Below the pieces are notes generated by a model, which was not told where the DNA came from, did no database searches, and worked only from the letters and a program-made list of their open reading frames with translations. This document shows, piece by piece, positions 40,180-54,698 of a DNA stretch of 64,000 nucleotides (the stretch's first letter is position 1; each line of letters starts with the position of its first letter). Source of the stretch: Octopus vulgaris (Eukaryota); NCBI GenBank assembly GCA_951406725.2, contig OX597826.1, positions 62,186,001 to 62,250,000 on the forward strand. Direction: 5' to 3'. A program made the position numbers and the translations under genes.

Positions 40180-40327
40180 TATATATTAATAGTAATGGTA
40201 AGACAACAACACAATGAAACATACCTCAGTATTTTGTAAATAGAGGAATTTATCTGTAATATGATACGTGACAATTATTCGGTTCATTTGATTGCCTCGA
40301 TAATTGACGAGATGTAACATATTATAT

Positions 40328-40394
<67 letters not shown>

Positions 40395-40395
40395 A

Positions 40396-40463
<68 letters not shown>

Positions 40464-42456
40464 CGACCAGTTGCTTTCAGTTTCCGACTACAAATTACAA
40501 GGCTTTGGTCGGACGATTGCTATAACAAAAGTCACTTGCCCGATGTGCTACACAATGCGACTGAACCTGGGACCATGTAGTTGGGGAGAAAGCTTTTTAC
40601 CGCACCATCATGCCTCGACCTATTCATATATATATATATATATATAATGAAGGTAAACGAACAAAAGTTTGTTTTAGAAGCGTTGAGGTGTATTGAAAGA
40701 TAGAAAAATAATTTTTCTATTCTCAAATGCGTGATAATGCTAATACATAGCGTGATCAGGATGAATTATCCATACATTGCAGGCATGTATGTATATAAAT
40801 ATGTATGTATGTATGTATATTATTCTTCCCGAACTCTTTTACCTGCTATATTTAGCTATATAGGAAGGGTGTTCTGAAACTTTTGACTCCATTAATATGA
40901 TTTCAAATTAGTAAGACATTTGCTGTCGCAACGTTAAGGAAGATGCTGCTCTGAAAACTTTTGCAGCATCTTTCTACACATACCTGTTCACAGAAAATTT
41001 GCAGTCGAATTAATCTGTTCATCTTCGTCTGGATATCGTTTCAACGGAAGAAAATATTCTCTATTCATGGAAATATTGCTTTGGATATTCATGGAAACAA
41101 CGTATAAATGTTTCTATGAACTGATATACTCAGAACAAAATGTTCATTAACGTGCAAGAAACGACCTCAGGGACTCTCTCAGCATTATGTATGTTACATT
41201 ATGTATGTTAGCATAATTCATAGAGATTATAATACAGTTCATACTCAAGAACAACACACAGCAAAAGTCCTGCTTGTGGTCGCTACGTAAGCTACCGTTC
41301 AAAATATCTGATTTTTCAAGGTGATTTTGGATATATGAGACAGAAAAAACAGTGCTTTTAACACTGACAATCGAGATGCCAGAAAATCTTTCATCTCTTG
41401 AGTATTGACTGACCTACGTGAAGATACGTGGGCTAGTGGTTACGTTGTTGCGTACAAGATCATAATGTAGTGTGTTCCATTTTTGGACCACGTTGTGCGC
41501 TCTTTCCCCAAGCAAGGTACTTCATTTCTCGTTGCTCTAATCAAATGAGGTAAAAACTAAATTCTAGCGAGTACCAGTATAGCCTTTTCTTTGTCCAGTA
41601 TGCTGATAATTGTTGTTTTATTCTATCAAGATAGATGAGGCAGTGAGGGAGATGACGCAGTGTCTATATTTTCTTGTGGTACACAGGCACCCAGAATAAT
41701 TTATGAAATTACAATACATGTCCTCGAGTTTTATGACTGTGGTTTGTCGCTGATCTTTTCAGTGCTGATGTGTGATGCACATTTTATCACTGTTTGCATA
41801 CGCGAGAGAACACGGCAGCAGTAGGTGTTGAGCCATAACTACATAAAGTACCTAACTTTAGGAAGAATATATTTATTGTGTCTACACTGCACTCGTGGAA
41901 TTGTTGGCACGCTCAGTACTCTCGTGTGTCTGTCTCAGATACTAATCTTCAGAACTTTCGAATTACGTTTAAAATCTCTGACACATCCTATTCTACAAAC
42001 CTAACCTTGCTCAAGTTATTACTATCCTTTATTCCAAACACATGAACATTCTCGAGGGAGAAAAAAAACCCCAACGTGTTTCATTGACAATGAGAGAACC
42101 CAAAAACGTCCATACACTTATGTCGCAACATCTTCAATAATCATATATACTAAGGCAAATGTATTGTTGCTTTTGTCATCTCTTCCCACTGGTTTTCGTG
42201 TAACCGTATCAGAAATCTTTTATAATTTATACATTCCTCTGAAGGTAGGTATACATGCGAATGTACATGTATATTCACTATATATTTTTGATAATTCAGT
42301 CGCAGTCTATAAATATCAGAAAGAGTACCCCTTACTATGCCGAGTGTAGTTTCGAACTACAAATCTATGGGTTAAGGGCCCAGCTTACCTCTAATACATC
42401 GATCTGCTCAAGAAAAAAATGATGAAGTGAATATATAACGTATTTTTCTTATGTTG

Positions 42457-42682
42457 TTTACTCTCTCTTTTACTCTTTTACTTGTTTCAGTCATTTGACT
42501 GCGGCCATGCTGGAGCACCGCCTGTAGTCGAGCAACTCCACCCCGGGACTTATTCTTTGTAAGCCCAGTACTTATTCTATCGGTCTCTTTTGCCGAACCG
42601 CTAAGTGACGGGGACATAAACAAACCAGCATCGGTTGTCAAGCAATGCTAGGGGGACAAACACAGACACACAAACACACACG

Positions 42683-42739
<57 letters not shown>

Positions 42740-42901
42740 GACGGGCTTCTTTCAGTTTCCGTCTACCAAATCCATTCACAAGGCTTTGGTCGGCACGAGG
42801 CTATAGTAGAAGACACATGCCCAAGGTGCCACGCAGTGGGACTGAACCCGGAACCATGTGGTTGGTAAGCAAGCTACTTACCACACAGCCACTCCTGCGC
42901 C
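42457..42901 (-). mobile_element. Full-length tRNA-derived SINE family B with internal (TA)n/(TG)n microsatellite and (AAAAGAGT)-type tail
   Basis: ggcgcaggagtggctgtgtggtaag (A-box-like)...ggttcagtcc (B-box-like)...; decayed copies at ~39655-39860, 40461-40616, 45900-46270, 47880-48070, 50157-50460, 59080-59430. Confidence 0.9.
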
Positions 42902-44617
42902 TTGTTGTGGTTTTTATTATTTCGATTATGTCTTTATCATATGTTATTTATTTATTCATATCTATGCATTAGATCGTGTCAAATTTACCATATATATTAA
43001 CTACACAATACATGTTGCAGTGCTGAGCCGTTGATTTATTCATTGAAAAGGGATTTCACTCCGAGTATTACATTTGACAAACCACATGCATAACTCTATG
43101 CACAGCATATTTATCCGTGTCTCTTAATTTGTCATTTTCATATCAGCCAAAAGGAAACCAATTCTATAATTGTTTTCTCAGCAGAGCATAGTAAATGAAT
43201 TTTCCAGTACTATACCACGAAAAATTAAGAAAAAGAAGTACATGAAGGTCATAAATGGAGCGCTCTGTTTAACATGAGGTCAATCACAGAAGGCCTCTGC
43301 GTAAGCAGCAACAGGGCGTGTATCTCTAAGTATTTGTCCTCGAAACACGGCTCTTAGTAGTTATCTATTGGTCAGCATACGGAAGAATAAGCTGAACTTC
43401 AGCCGCATTTATTGCACAATAGTTATAAGAGAAAAACAGCAATCTAACCAACCAATCAACCAACCATACAAATAATCACAACACATACACATATACCAAA
43501 ATTAATAATAGAAGTGTGTTTACGCCTGTGCTTGCGAGAGTGTGCGTGTATACATTTCTGTATGTATGCATGTATGTGCGTGTATGTTTATGTATTCCAT
43601 ACAGACGCATGCGCTGAGATGCAAACACGTTTTCATATTCTCATATACAGACAAGTGGTAACATTTGTGTCGCTGTAAACAATAAAATGAATCATTGTTA
43701 TGGTGAAACGCTTTTAGTCACTTTGCTGCGAAGCGAATGTGTCTCAAAGAAATAGAGAGACAGTGTGTGAGTGTGTACGCGCGAATGTATTTACTTTTGT
43801 GAGCAAGTGTATTTCCTATCAATCCATTCCCACTTTTCGCGGAAATTCATCCCGTAGAGACAGGAATTCTTCTTCTGTGATCGTCCGAAAGAAATAGTAA
43901 GTAGAATAAGAAGTAAGAAGCAGCTTATATATATATATATATATATATACATATATATACATATGCATATATATATATATATGTAGATATGTATTTATAT
44001 ATACATATATATGTATATATATATGTATATATATATGTATATATATATATATATGTATGTATATAGATATATATGCGTGTGTGTGTGTGTACATATATAC
44101 ACACATGCACAAGCATACGTATACGTGTGTGTTTGTGTGAGTGAGCGTTCAAGTGTGCCTATTTATTCTAGCGTTTGCATACGTTTTTCACGACGAAAAA
44201 AATTAATTATCTTAAGACTACCATCAACGTTATTAGCTCACGTTGACCAATCAATAATATTGTGGCAGAATAGTAAAACTTTTTTATAATACAAGGGTGA
44301 AGATTTTGTATTTTACTTTACTTGAAGTTACACACGAACGATGGATTGAGAACACAGTACGACAAAGTGAGTGTGTGTAAGTGAGTGTGGGTAAAAGAGA
44401 GGGAGAGAGAGAGAGGGGGAGGGAGAGAGAAAGAGAGACAGCGAGAAAGTGTTCGGATGCATTTTCTTAATGCTGTTTATTTATTTTACAAGATTCAAGA
44501 TTTGCCGTTATAATGTTTGGCTATAAAAATTTGGGGTTCGATATTTTGCTTCTATTCCATTCAATCTGCTTCGTAAATAATATTATTAATACTAGTGTTA
44601 TAATGCTGCTGCTGTTG

Positions 44618-44674
<57 letters not shown>

Positions 44675-44867
44675 TAAATAATGATAATCTTTTCTACCAT
44701 AGGCACGAGACCTGAAATTTTGGTGGAGGGGTTAAGTCGATTACATCGAACCCAGTGTTTAACACGTACTCGAGTTATGGACCACAAAAGGATGAACGAC
44801 AATGTCGACCTTGGCAGAATTTGAACTCACTAACTAACGATGGGCGGAATACTTATTACTTTACTAC

Positions 44868-45200
44868 CAACAATTTCCCTGGAAGTTGCGAAATCCCCGG
44901 AACTTTCCATGAAATCCTCGGAACTCTCCAGGCAGTTTCCAACCAAATTTCCAGAAAGTTGGGGGAACCCCGGAACTTTACATAAAATCATCGGAACAAT
45001 CCATGAAGTTTCCGACCAATTTTCCGGGCTGTTGAGGAATTCCCGGAACTTTCCGCTATATCCTTGGAACTTTCCATGAAGTTTACGACCAAATTTCCAG
45101 GAAGTTGGCGAATCCCCGGAATTTTCAATGAAATCCTCGGAACTTTCCAGGAATTTTCCGGAAATTTTTCTAGGAATTTGGGGGTCCCCGGAAAGTGTCA
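44868..45200. repeat. 73-bp minisatellite, ~4.5 diverged units
   Basis: Units begin ~44868, 44941, 45014, 45087, 45160 (accaaatttcc..gaagttg..gaatccccggaactttccatgaaatcctcggaactttcca.gaagtttcc). Confidence 0.9.
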
Positions 45201-46086
45201 TGATGGTTCGATGGAATTGACCATACTCCTGCCCCAAAATATCAAGCCCTGTACCTAAAACAGGAAGGGTTATTAAACTATGACAGTAATAGGCGAGTGT
45301 TTTTGAAATTGTTCTAAAGAAATGATAATATTGCAGACTTTTTAATTCTTAAGACTTTGTGTAAATTTACTCAACACCTAAGGTAGGAAAAATGAGTGGA
45401 TTTTCACAATAATTTAAATTTCAGGAAATAATGTTTTTGGTTTGCATTTAATATGGAGTGTTTTGTTTAAGGAGTGGAGCATAGGAATGAGTAGGATAAA
45501 AAGTAGAGAAAAAAAGGGGGAGAGGGAAAAGAGATAACAAATATGTGCGTAGCAATGGATAGTCCTCGCTTCCACCAAAAGTAATCAGGTAATTTTCAAA
45601 ATGTCATAATGAATTAACGATAAAACATAAGCATGGATTAAAACGGCGCTGAAGGTGAAAATGGCAAGGTAACACATAAATGAACTCACATGAACTCAAA
45701 CAAAAAATGAGCAGAATTTCACTCCAGAAAACAATCTTCCTTGACATATGCTAAAATACTAACAATAAAAAAACAGCAACACAAATTTGTTCGATATAAA
45801 AAAAAAAATAAAATCTTCTTTGCTTGTGTTATCAGGTTTAGAATAGGTTTAGAAGTGCGATGAATTCAGTGGAAGAATAAGTATATCAGTGGTATCATTT
45901 ATCTTTTGCTTATGTCAGTCACTGGTCTCCAACCATGCTGGAGCACCGCCTTGAATGTCGGATCCGGTACTTATTCTATATATTTTTTTGCTGAGCAGCT
46001 AATTTACATAGATGAGAAGAAACCTAAACCATCATCAATTATCAATTGGTAGAGCGGGATAAACATAAACAAAAAGAGATACGCGC

Positions 46087-46138
<52 letters not shown>

Positions 46139-47791
46139 CAGGATTCCTCACAGTTTTTTTCTGTGAATTTCACTCACAGGGCACTTATCGATCAGGTGTT
46201 GTATCAAGAGACACATAACCTGTGTGTTGCGTAGTGGGGCTGAATACAAACCATGTAATGACAAAGTGAGCTTCTGTGCAATTCTGTGTCTGAGAAATTT
46301 TACAAGTAAGTGCAAGAACAAAAATGACATATTTCTGGTTCACCAAAACCGGAAGTCATATTTCATGTACCCTCAAAGAAACATCTTAAAGAAGTCCTAG
46401 CTGAAATATACAAAGCTGCTCTGCTTTCGTACTTGGTCTTTGAAAAGGAAAGGCTGAGCGAGAAAGCAGACCAAGCAGAGTACCAAATACATACACACAG
46501 GCTGGTGCTGATATACCTTGTGGAAATAACTTATTATTCAAAGCATGGGAAATTGGTGGTAACGTTTGTACTTCAAACAACACCCCTTTTGCGCACAATT
46601 CAGGGAAATGTTGAGTAAACTGGTGACACGTGGACGAGTGCTGTTTAAACGTAGAAATCTCAAATTACTCCTCGAGAAAAGTGGACAAAGTCAGAGATTT
46701 TATCTGTGAACCTAATCAGAAAGTATGTAACTGAGATGAAGAGCCTATATTCCCATTGTACTGTTTGAAGTTCAAAATCATTCGAAAATCATATGGAAAT
46801 ATCACGAAAACCTCCAAAGAAAGAACACATAAAATAAGGATCGAAGAGAAGATGGGCTTCGAGGATATGGAAAATACAAGACAGATTGTAAATTTCAACA
46901 GATACATGAATTAGAATGTCATAGGCCCTTTTCCTATCATTCCAACAGTGGAACTGCTGGTGAGAAGGTTTCAGAGTAGGCATTTTAAATATATTGATGC
47001 AAGTTCATGAAATTTGGGTGGCGTGTTAATATAGACTTGTATTGCAAAAATGTGAAGTAATGACAGTAGTTCAGCTACAGGTTTTTCTTACTCAGTGGCA
47101 AAAAACATTGTACATTACATTTAAAATAATCTAAAATGGTTGTATAGTTCATGAGACAACGATTGATCAATTAAGGAAGTTGTCAGAGAATGAACTCTTG
47201 TGCAAATTAAAACAATTCATCACTTCCGAGTTGACGAATATTTAAACAGTTACCATTGTATCATTCTGTGGGTCATCGTATTCTCATAAATGTTTAAGAA
47301 GGATAGAGATAGTTGCATCATATATATTTAAAAATATAACATTTTGTCTGAAAATTGTACAACTAATCACTCAAATCTATTATTGTATTATAGCTTTCTC
47401 TCTCTCTCACATCTCTATCTCTGTATTTGTACATATATATGCTTCTGTAAGCGTCCGTTACGTGTACGAAACTATTTATGTGAGGCTAAGATTAAGAAAC
47501 CAATATTGACTGATAGAGCGACATGATATAGAGATTTTGAGGTAACTAGAATTTTAAGCAGTAATAATGACTGCTCATCCAGACAACGGTTGAAAAACTG
47601 GCTCCTTGTATGTACACACATACACACACACACACATATATATGCATGTTTATACATACATATATATGTATATATATACACACACACACATATATATATA
47701 TGTATATACATATATATACATACATATACATATATATATACATATATACATATATTCATATGTATATATATATATATATACATATATTCAA

Positions 47792-47838
<47 letters not shown>

Positions 47839-48473
47839 CATATACATATATATATATGTGCGTATGTGTATGTATGTATGTATTTATGTGTGTGTGTGTC
47901 TATGCTAGTCTCCCCTATGTTGCTGGTAGGTATATGTCCCTGTAACGTAGCGGTTCGACCAAAGAGGCCGATAGAATGAGTGCTAGGCTTACAAAAATTA
48001 TGTCTTGGGTTCGATTCCCTCGACTAAAATCCGTCAAAGTATTGCTCTATCATGGCTGCAGTCAAATAAAAAATAAAAGAATACGCATATATATATATAA
48101 ATATATATATATATAACTATACTTACACACACACACACACACACACACATACACATAGTTATATATATATAAATGTAAGATCCAAGGATCGAGATGTAGG
48201 AAGGGGTTGAGCTTGAAGCAAACTGTAGAAAATAAATTACATATATGTGTGAGTGTTTGTGTGTATTTTTGTGTGTTTGTGTGGTGTGTGTATGTGTGCG
48301 CGTGTGTGTATGCGTCTCTGTGTGCATAAAGCCAGTTATTCAACTGCTGTCTGGTTGAGCCGTTATTAGTGCTTAAAATTCTATTTACCTCAAATTCTCT
48401 GTATCGTGTCACCCTCTCAGTCAATATTGACTTCTTAATCTTAGGCTTAATTTTAGTGTGTGTGTGTGTGTGT

Positions 48474-48519
<46 letters not shown>

Positions 48520-49049
48520 AAATTCAATATGACTATTAATTTTGTAATTTGCTTTAAACATCTCGTTCACAAGTATTGGCTAAGAGATGTTATCATTCAG
48601 TGAGATCAAGGAAGTTTTTTTTATATTAATGTTATTGACTATTTACGATTTACTTTCGGAATTAGAATCCTTTTAAAGTATTCTTATTTTGTCTGTCGTA
48701 TTTAATCATTATGCGTCTTTTATTTTTAAAAAATGTAAATATCTTGATTTTTCCATTTGCACATATGTCTAGATTTTAACTACATGGGGTATTCCTAAGA
48801 GATCAATGTTTAATTTACTACGTAACAAGAGACGAAGATAAAATCATCACACCAAACACAACGTTGTAAGAATATACCAACACATCAAGGTAGATGGTAA
48901 AACAAGAACTGAACAGCTTCCTTCCAGCGAGAAAGAAGAATTTGAAGACAGAGTGTCAATGGCTCACACAACAAGAAATCTTTTTTTCCTTTTCAGTAAA
49001 GGGAATTTGGGATAGAAAAGGGAAAAAACTAAAAATACAAAGAGTCAAG

Positions 49050-49740
49050 GAAACATTGAACTAACAGACTCCAAAGTGAAATACCTATCAATGCTAAACT
49101 ACATGGGAATCAAATAAATCTTCAGGAATATGAATTTAAATATGCTTGGATTCCCAACAACAAATCTTATAAAACACACTGAGAAAGAGAACCTTGTCTA
49201 CGGAAATTCTTCTAAAAAGAACATGATGAAGAGGCATAAGTTTTGAACAAATAGGATTCGAACCTCCGACAAACAAAAATAAGCATTTAAATGAATTTAT
49301 AATGTGTCTGAAAAGATCAGCAAACTCAAATATTCGAACAAAACATACAAAAGCAAACATTACAATAAGCATTGGAATATCTACCGAGAGATTCTTCTAT
49401 CATCATTAAAGAAGCTGACAGAGGAGGAGCTGTAGTAATAATGAGTAAATCCCATAACATGGAAATGGTCTAAGAAAAAAAAAAAATTACCAATTCTTCT
49501 ACAAAGCAATGACAAAGAAGCAATGGGTAAATTTTCATAAATTAATGGACAAATACAAAATTGGCTAAATGAAAATTGAGTTGAATTACCTCTCAAATTT
49601 TTGGAAAAGTCAAGTTATTTTCATGAAGTAGCAAAAATCTATAAATCTAAGGAAATTAAAAACAGCTTAAAGGACCTCTATCCAGTGATGTAGGTAATAA
49701 AGCGTTGCCTACATTATCAACTGTTGTGGGCCGTGTGAAA
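49050..49740 (+). pseudogene. Penelope-like element reverse transcriptase N-terminal relic
   Basis: ALEYLPRDSSIIIKEADRGGAVVIMSK (49369-49449) matches the Penelope (I/V)IKxADKGxxxV(I/V)M motif; downstream HEVAKIYK resembles YGLPKIHK. Confidence 0.7.
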
Positions 49741-50606
49741 TAATTAAACAAGAAAGAGCCAAAAGATTCAAGAATAGGGAGGAATAGAGGGCAAATGCAA
49801 ACATGAATTGCAAAGCAAAACATTTCGTCTACTGCATTAAACACCCTCAAGGCAACGGGAAATGTATCAGAGAAACAGGATGAAAACTAAGCTGCCGTGT
49901 GAGAGTGGACAAAGATTCATTTCATTGAAATGGTTCATGTATTGAATATCTAGTCATTTGTGTAAATGGAAAATCAAAATACTTAAATTTTTCCAGATAA
50001 AAGTCAAATATTATCAAATACGAAAGGCAAAATAAGGACACTTTCAAAGAAATCCGATTCCGGGATTAGACCGGAAATAGTAAACACCATGACTAAACAC
50101 AACTTCCTGTTTACAGATCAATCCAAAGCACGTGTACTTGAGAAGTTGAAACACGAGACACAGGCGTGGCTGCGAGTTACGAAATTTGTGTCCCGACTAC
50201 ATGGTTGCGGATTCAGTCACACTGCGTGACACCTTCAGCAAGTGTTTTCTACTTTAGACTAGGGCTCACCAAAGCAATGTGAGTGTACTTCGTAGTCGGA
50301 AACTGAAAGGAAGTCTAACCTCTCTCTCTCTCTCTCTCTGTATATATATATACATGTGTCAGATATACATGGAGTTGGATCTTTTGAGAAAAAGTTTTCA
50401 AGGTAGTGCTCCAGTATGGCCGCAGTCCAATGACTGAAACAAATAAATCCTAAAAGAAGAGGGAACCACAGTTACACAAATTACCCATCATAAAAAACTT
50501 CTATCCAAAAGATTCATCACTCTCTGATTTTTGAAAGCACAAAACAACTTACAAAGATAAAACGATTCTTTGGATATTGTGATTGCATCAAGTATTCTCT
50601 ACATCT

Positions 50607-50663
<57 letters not shown>

Positions 50664-51009
50664 AATAATTATATTGGTATATATATTTACATATACATGA
50701 ATACATACACACACAACTACATATATATATGACCTTTGTTTTCCGTTCGTCTGCGTATTTATTATATTTCGTATGTTTATTTACTACAATTTTTAAGTAT
50801 ATAAATATATATATATACACAACAGGTTTGTTGGCTTTTTTATGTAATCCTGAAAATACATATAGATATATACATATATTTGTATATTTGTGCGTGTGTA
50901 TAAATATATACACACTCGCATAAAAAACATACGTATATATGCATATATATATACATACATACAAGTATATATATATATATATATATACATACATATATTT
51001 ACATGATGA

Positions 51010-51780
51010 GCATAATATGCACTTCAATGGCACAACATTTCAAGCACTCTACTATCAGCCCACAAGCAATCTACAACTGAAGTTCTCGGAACCAGCAGGC
51101 AATGTAATCCCGGAGTTAGAGTCGGTGCGTGACTTGTGAATCCACACGAGCAACGACGCAACTTTCTATGTGCACATTACTCAGATTGCAACACTATGCA
51201 GCCGGGTGGCATGTTGGATCCTTAGATCCTCCGGGACCAGGAAGAGACACAATGCTTCTGATTTGGAGAACTACTGCTCCCAACTGTGGTCCGCCCAAAG
51301 TGTAAAACTAATTGTGGAACTAGAAGCTATCCAACGCCACTACACAAAGAAGATAGACTCAGTAAAACACATGGGCTACTGGAAGAGATAGGAAGAACTG
51401 GGACTTTAGTCCCTGGAGAGGAGACGTGACTGATATTCATTGCTATACTTGTGGAAAATAATGGCAGGTCTGGCTCCGAAGTTCGGAATCGAAATTCAAA
51501 ACAATCCCCGAACAAGCCTGCACAGAATCAAAGGTCTCATCTTCTCCATTGAGGATACGAACCCAATTTTATAATAGCTTGGGATTCAAGTGTTCACAAC
51601 TTTTTAATGCCCTACCACAGAACATCAAATATCTGTAAGATGTACACATGAAAATCTTCAAAAAACATCTAGATACATTTTATCTGCAATTCCGGATGAA
51701 CCCACATTGCGGCAGGGGGCACAAAGAAGATCGGCAACGTCCAACTCGCTACTTCACCAGAAGCAATACAGGAAAAATCA
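51010..51780 (+). pseudogene. CR1/L2-type LINE ORF2 3' fragment
   Basis: VRDL*IH..DATFYVHI...WILRS; YCSQLWS..VKLIVELEAIQRHYTKKI..MGYWKR; SLERRR; KIFKKHLDTF. Confidence 0.8.
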
Positions 51781-51829
51781 CGGATGCAGTAAAGACGGAG
51801 CACCATCATGGCCTCAACCGTTTAGCTGA

Positions 51830-52000
51830 AACCCTACGTCCTGAGTTCAAATTTCGCTGAGGTCGATTTTGCCTTTCATTCTTTCGGGGTCGATTAAATA
51901 AGTACCAGTTACGCACTGGTGTCGATGTAATCGACTTAATCTCTTTGTCTGTCCTTGTTTGTACCCTCTATGTTTAGCTCCTTGTGGGCAATAAAGAAAT
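51830..52000 (+). mobile_element. 5'-truncated SINE family A
   Basis: ctgagttcaaatttcgctgaggtcga...caataaagaaata. Confidence 0.85.
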
Positions 52001-53559
52001 AAATATAGATGGGTACGCAAGTATAATCAGTGAGGCGATTGGAGTGTTACCATCAAGGTTGCTTTTATTATTCATCGATATTTTAACCTCCCTTTCGTTT
52101 CCAATCTCAGAATTTTGGGAATCACGTATGTCTTGCAACAGAATGAATCTTAGCAAAAGGAGACAACAATGAATTCAGAATGTCTACACAAAAGAACCAC
52201 ACGTTCTTGGCTAGGAAGTAATAAGGCGGGAAATCGAAGATTCAAAGAAGTGAATGTACTTGTCTGAAGAAATTGCTGTTGCACCTGAGCGTTTGTGTGT
52301 GTGTGAGCGTGTGTGTGTGGTTGTGTGTGCGTGTGTGTTTGAGCGTGTGTGTATTTGAGTGTTTGAGTGTGTGTGTCTGTGTGTGTATGTCCAAGTGTGT
52401 GTGTGTGTACATATGTACACGTATGTGTGAATGTGCGCGGTTGATTGTCGGTTTTTGTGTGTGTTATGTATAGAACATTTCTTTGTGTTTATTCCAGAAA
52501 CGCTGCCTGTAATATTTATTGTGAGAATGTAATTATGGTTTTAATAGAAAAGTGCCACGTAACATATGATTTCAGTTAGTGTTCAGGAACATTAAGTGTC
52601 TCTTCATATATATAAATATTTGGGATACGTCTCGATAAATATCACCCCTTCCCGTACCACCTACCACTTTGTCTTTCTGTCTCTGTCTGACTCATTCTGT
52701 CTCTCTCTCTCGGTCTCTCTTTTTCTCCATCTTTTTAGCCACTGATATAATAATCATTCTAATGATTATATCCTCAATTTATAAGTATAAATAAATTTGA
52801 GTTCTCTAGTCATTATATTATACTGCGGTACTATATTTACCCCGTATGATTTCTGACATTAACAACATGGTAGAGATGGACTAGCAGATGGAAAGTATAC
52901 GCGGGAAATGCATGTATATATTGGCAACTGTTCGAATAGATTTATCGGTATGTATAGGTATTTTTCGCTTATATATTTGTCGGATTGTAAAGGAATCTTT
53001 ATTAAAGAGCATGGAATCGTAAGATATAGAATTATCCAGCATATGGTAAATCTTCTTGCTCGTCACCTAGCTTTCGACATGAGATTATGAATAGAGAACA
53101 AATTTAGAGTGTATTATAGGTATTTGACATCTACTTCTAGAGTATAGGCGCTGGCATTCCAGTACCCTTAATTATAATAATATTTTTATATTTATATACG
53201 TAAAAATTAATTTTATCGATATGGCAACTTTTTTATATGCGAGCCACTGATATAGCCATTTTAATGACTATAGCCTTAATTTATGAGTATATACATTTAT
53301 GGTGGTTATCTACTCTTTATGCAGAGTTTGACCACCTACAGTACCTACACCTTAGAACCATCATGGCATTTGATGTGGCTTTTTAAACCAGATAACGCAT
53401 TGAAAGGACACATAGATTGCACATCCGATATGGACCACCAAGAGATGCAGATAAGTTCTGACCTTTGTGGATCTTAAAATGTCTTTTGAGGCCTCTATTA
53501 GATTTGTGGAACTTATGGCACACATTGCATTGAAAGGTGTGTACAGACATATAGGCAGA

Positions 53560-53936
53560 ATAGTTTCTGCAGGCTCGTTTTCCATGGGTTTACAAATAGG
53601 ATTTGACTCCAGCAAAAGAAAATGCATGGTCTGTCACACCTGCGATTCACCTTCTCAATCGTAACATTCTTCCTTAAGCCTGTTTTGAGTTTTGCATGCG
53701 TTATACTGGCCTCTTCAAACGCTTTCATTCCACTCCACACTTTCACTCACCATTCAGCTCGAACCAAGGCAAGTGTTTCTATGTCTTATAGATCCGTTCC
53801 AAGTGACCTCATAGTAGTCCTTACACCGTCTTTAAACCTTTCTTTAGATTTACGACGATAGCGTTTCCCCTCTGCAAGCTCGCCGTCAAACAGGTTTTTG
53901 GGCATGCGTTCATCCGCATTTCAAACCATATGGCCA
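53560..53936 (-). pseudogene. RTE-clade LINE ORF C-terminal fragment
   Basis: GHMV*NADERMPKNLFDGELAEGKRYRRKSKERFKD...ETLALVRAEW*VKVWSGMKAFEE resembles the RTE GH-x-x-RM-x-D-x-R-x-PK...GEL...KR...R-x-KD...LA-x-DR-x-x-WR motif. Confidence 0.8.
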
Positions 53937-54061
53937 CACGCACTCACACACACACACACACACACACAATATATATATATATAGGCGCATGCATGGCTGG
54001 GTGGTAAGAATATTGCTTTACATAGTTACGGGGTCAGTCTCACCACGTGGCACTTCGGTAG

Positions 54062-54305
54062 AAGGAGTTTTGTTGGTCTCTCGCTCAAATGCACCCCACT
54101 CATAATAATCAAGGCGTTCCAGTCTGGGGAGTTAGGTGCACAGATTTAAGGGGTGATGCGGTCACAGAAATTGTCTGAGAGCCATGACTAGGTTCTTCTG
54201 CTTGTCTGGCATGATGCAGATTCCTCTTGCCAGACATAGATTATTCCAGCAGCCACCCTCTTCACCCAAGGATACACCCCTTCTCCAAGCACTCGATGTA
54301 GGCTT
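54062..54305 (-). pseudogene. Tc1/mariner DD37D (maT-like) transposase fragment
   Basis: YVWQEESASCQTSRRT*SWLSDNFCDRITP*ICAPNSPDWNA(L)DYYEWGAFERE, i.e. decayed QQDxAPxH...WPPxSPDxNPLDY with ~37-residue spacing. Confidence 0.75.
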
Positions 54306-54661
54306 CCTCATGTAGCACTTTCTGTAGATTTGCGTTGTGTCGACACCTAGTTTTAGAGAGGAGAATCCAGTAGAAGGAATTTCCTGTCACATATTGTGTC
54401 ATGTTGAGTATCTGAGAATTCTTTTATGGTTACGCGTATCTCTGGTGTATTCAGCCACTTGATAAGATTCTTAGTTCTGTTGTTTGTACAACTTAACACA
54501 CATATAGTAATATCTAACCGAGATAACCCTCTCTCATCATGTGTATGTATGTATATATGTGTGTGTGTATCAGTTTGTATGTATCTGTGTGTAAATGTGT
54601 GTGTGTGTAGAGAGAGAGAGACAGACAGACAGAGATAGCTGTATGTATGAATATGTGTTAG

Positions 54662-54698
<37 letters not shown>

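Noticed and set aside
44755-45258. Overlapping ORFs on both strands (up to 135 aa)
   Set aside because: A by-product of the 73-bp repeat, whose period is not a multiple of three; no recognisable domain
46300-47330. Complex non-repetitive block, possibly an old transposon
   Set aside because: No motif, termini or second copy I could identify by eye
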